Shown: positions 63,134 through 64,000 of the stretch, piece after piece
Numbering within the stretch: position 1 is the first letter of the stretch
Layout: each line of letters starts with the position of its first letter
Assembly (NCBI GenBank): GCA_964234715.1
Contig: OZ174279.1
Source of the DNA: Podarcis melisellensis
Lineage: Eukaryota
DNA length: 64,000 bases
Direction: 5' to 3' (one strand)
Program-made: the position numbers and the translations under genes
Notes under the pieces: model-generated
The model's input: only the letters and a program-made list of their open reading frames with translations
Database searches by the model: none
Told to the model about the DNA's origin: nothing

Positions 63134-64000
63134 ATCTGTTTACTCTTAATACCACCTGATCTTAAATCCATTTACATGGAAATAACTCCCATTGATTTCA
63201 GTTACTTCTAAGTGCATTCAGGACCATATAAAACTATCAGGGAAGCATTCCACTGATGGAATCTGAACTTTAGACTTGAAGACACATCAATAACTTTCTT
63301 GTGAAACAGATCTACTAAGCAGAAGACTCAGGTGTCTGTTCACTTGCCAGGTTGTGGAAATACTATCGGTTAAAATAGTTGAAGGGTAATACAAGTGCAT
63401 CTCATACTCCACTTTTTGGATTATTTACATTGCCTCCTTAGTCCGCTGAACATCCTGCACATTCCTTCAGGAGACAGGTTTTAGTCTGGTCATCTTTGGT
63501 CTAGACCTGAATGTAGGCATGTTTCCTGAAATTCCTTGGAGACCTATTGAAATAATGCTGTCACCCGCTAGATGTCATCCCAATATTTATGCAGATGCAT
63601 CTTTGTTCTGAAAACATATCGTTTCTTATTCTGTCTCCCAACTTGCCTCATTTCCATGTGCTGCTGCTCAGTAGCCTTAAGATGCTGACAGACTAACCCT
63701 AGATAACCCATCATAGCTGATTTACAATGCAGTACTGTATCTTTTTTGGATTGCCAAATGCTGTAGGTGACAATTCCTACCCCCAGATGCCCTTGTTAAA
63801 CCTTTTGGGGGGAAGAACTACTCCATACCTAGCTTCTTAACATTAAGCTGATCTTCTTGAAAGCCGCAACTGATTCAGTTATGTAGACTGCTCTTCCAGA
63901 TCAAGCTCATTTCACAACAAAGTAGTCATGAGCATTCAATTATGACATCCAAAGCAAAGGTTATTTTAATCCTGTTGTCCTGTGGTAGTTTGCTGCCAAA

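Overview
Eukaryotic genomic DNA from a squamate reptile, most likely a lacertid lizard (inferred from Sauria SINEs, MIR/CORE-derived Squam3-like SINEs and BovB). The whole window lies inside the TNIK gene (TRAF2- and NCK-interacting kinase, GCK-IV/MAP4K family) on the + strand. Eight canonical GT-AG coding exons splice in phase and cover the end of the kinase domain and the coiled-coil region (about human exons 8-15, numbering recalled). The introns are rich in transposons: one full-length L1 with intact ORF1 and ORF2 in sense orientation, two L1 3' fragments from other lineages, BovB, a solo LTR, several SINEs, pogo/Tigger, Tc2-like and hAT MITEs (some nested), and a Penelope-like fragment with a hammerhead-ribozyme core. 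The most notable item is an unexplained 366-codon ORF (59565-60665). It starts at a strong splice acceptor, is in phase with the preceding TNIK exon and is followed by tandem ATTAAA, so it is a candidate alternative terminal exon giving a TNIK isoform without the CNH domain. No prokaryotic features such as CRISPR arrays or operons are present. All calls were made by eye; no database searches were run.
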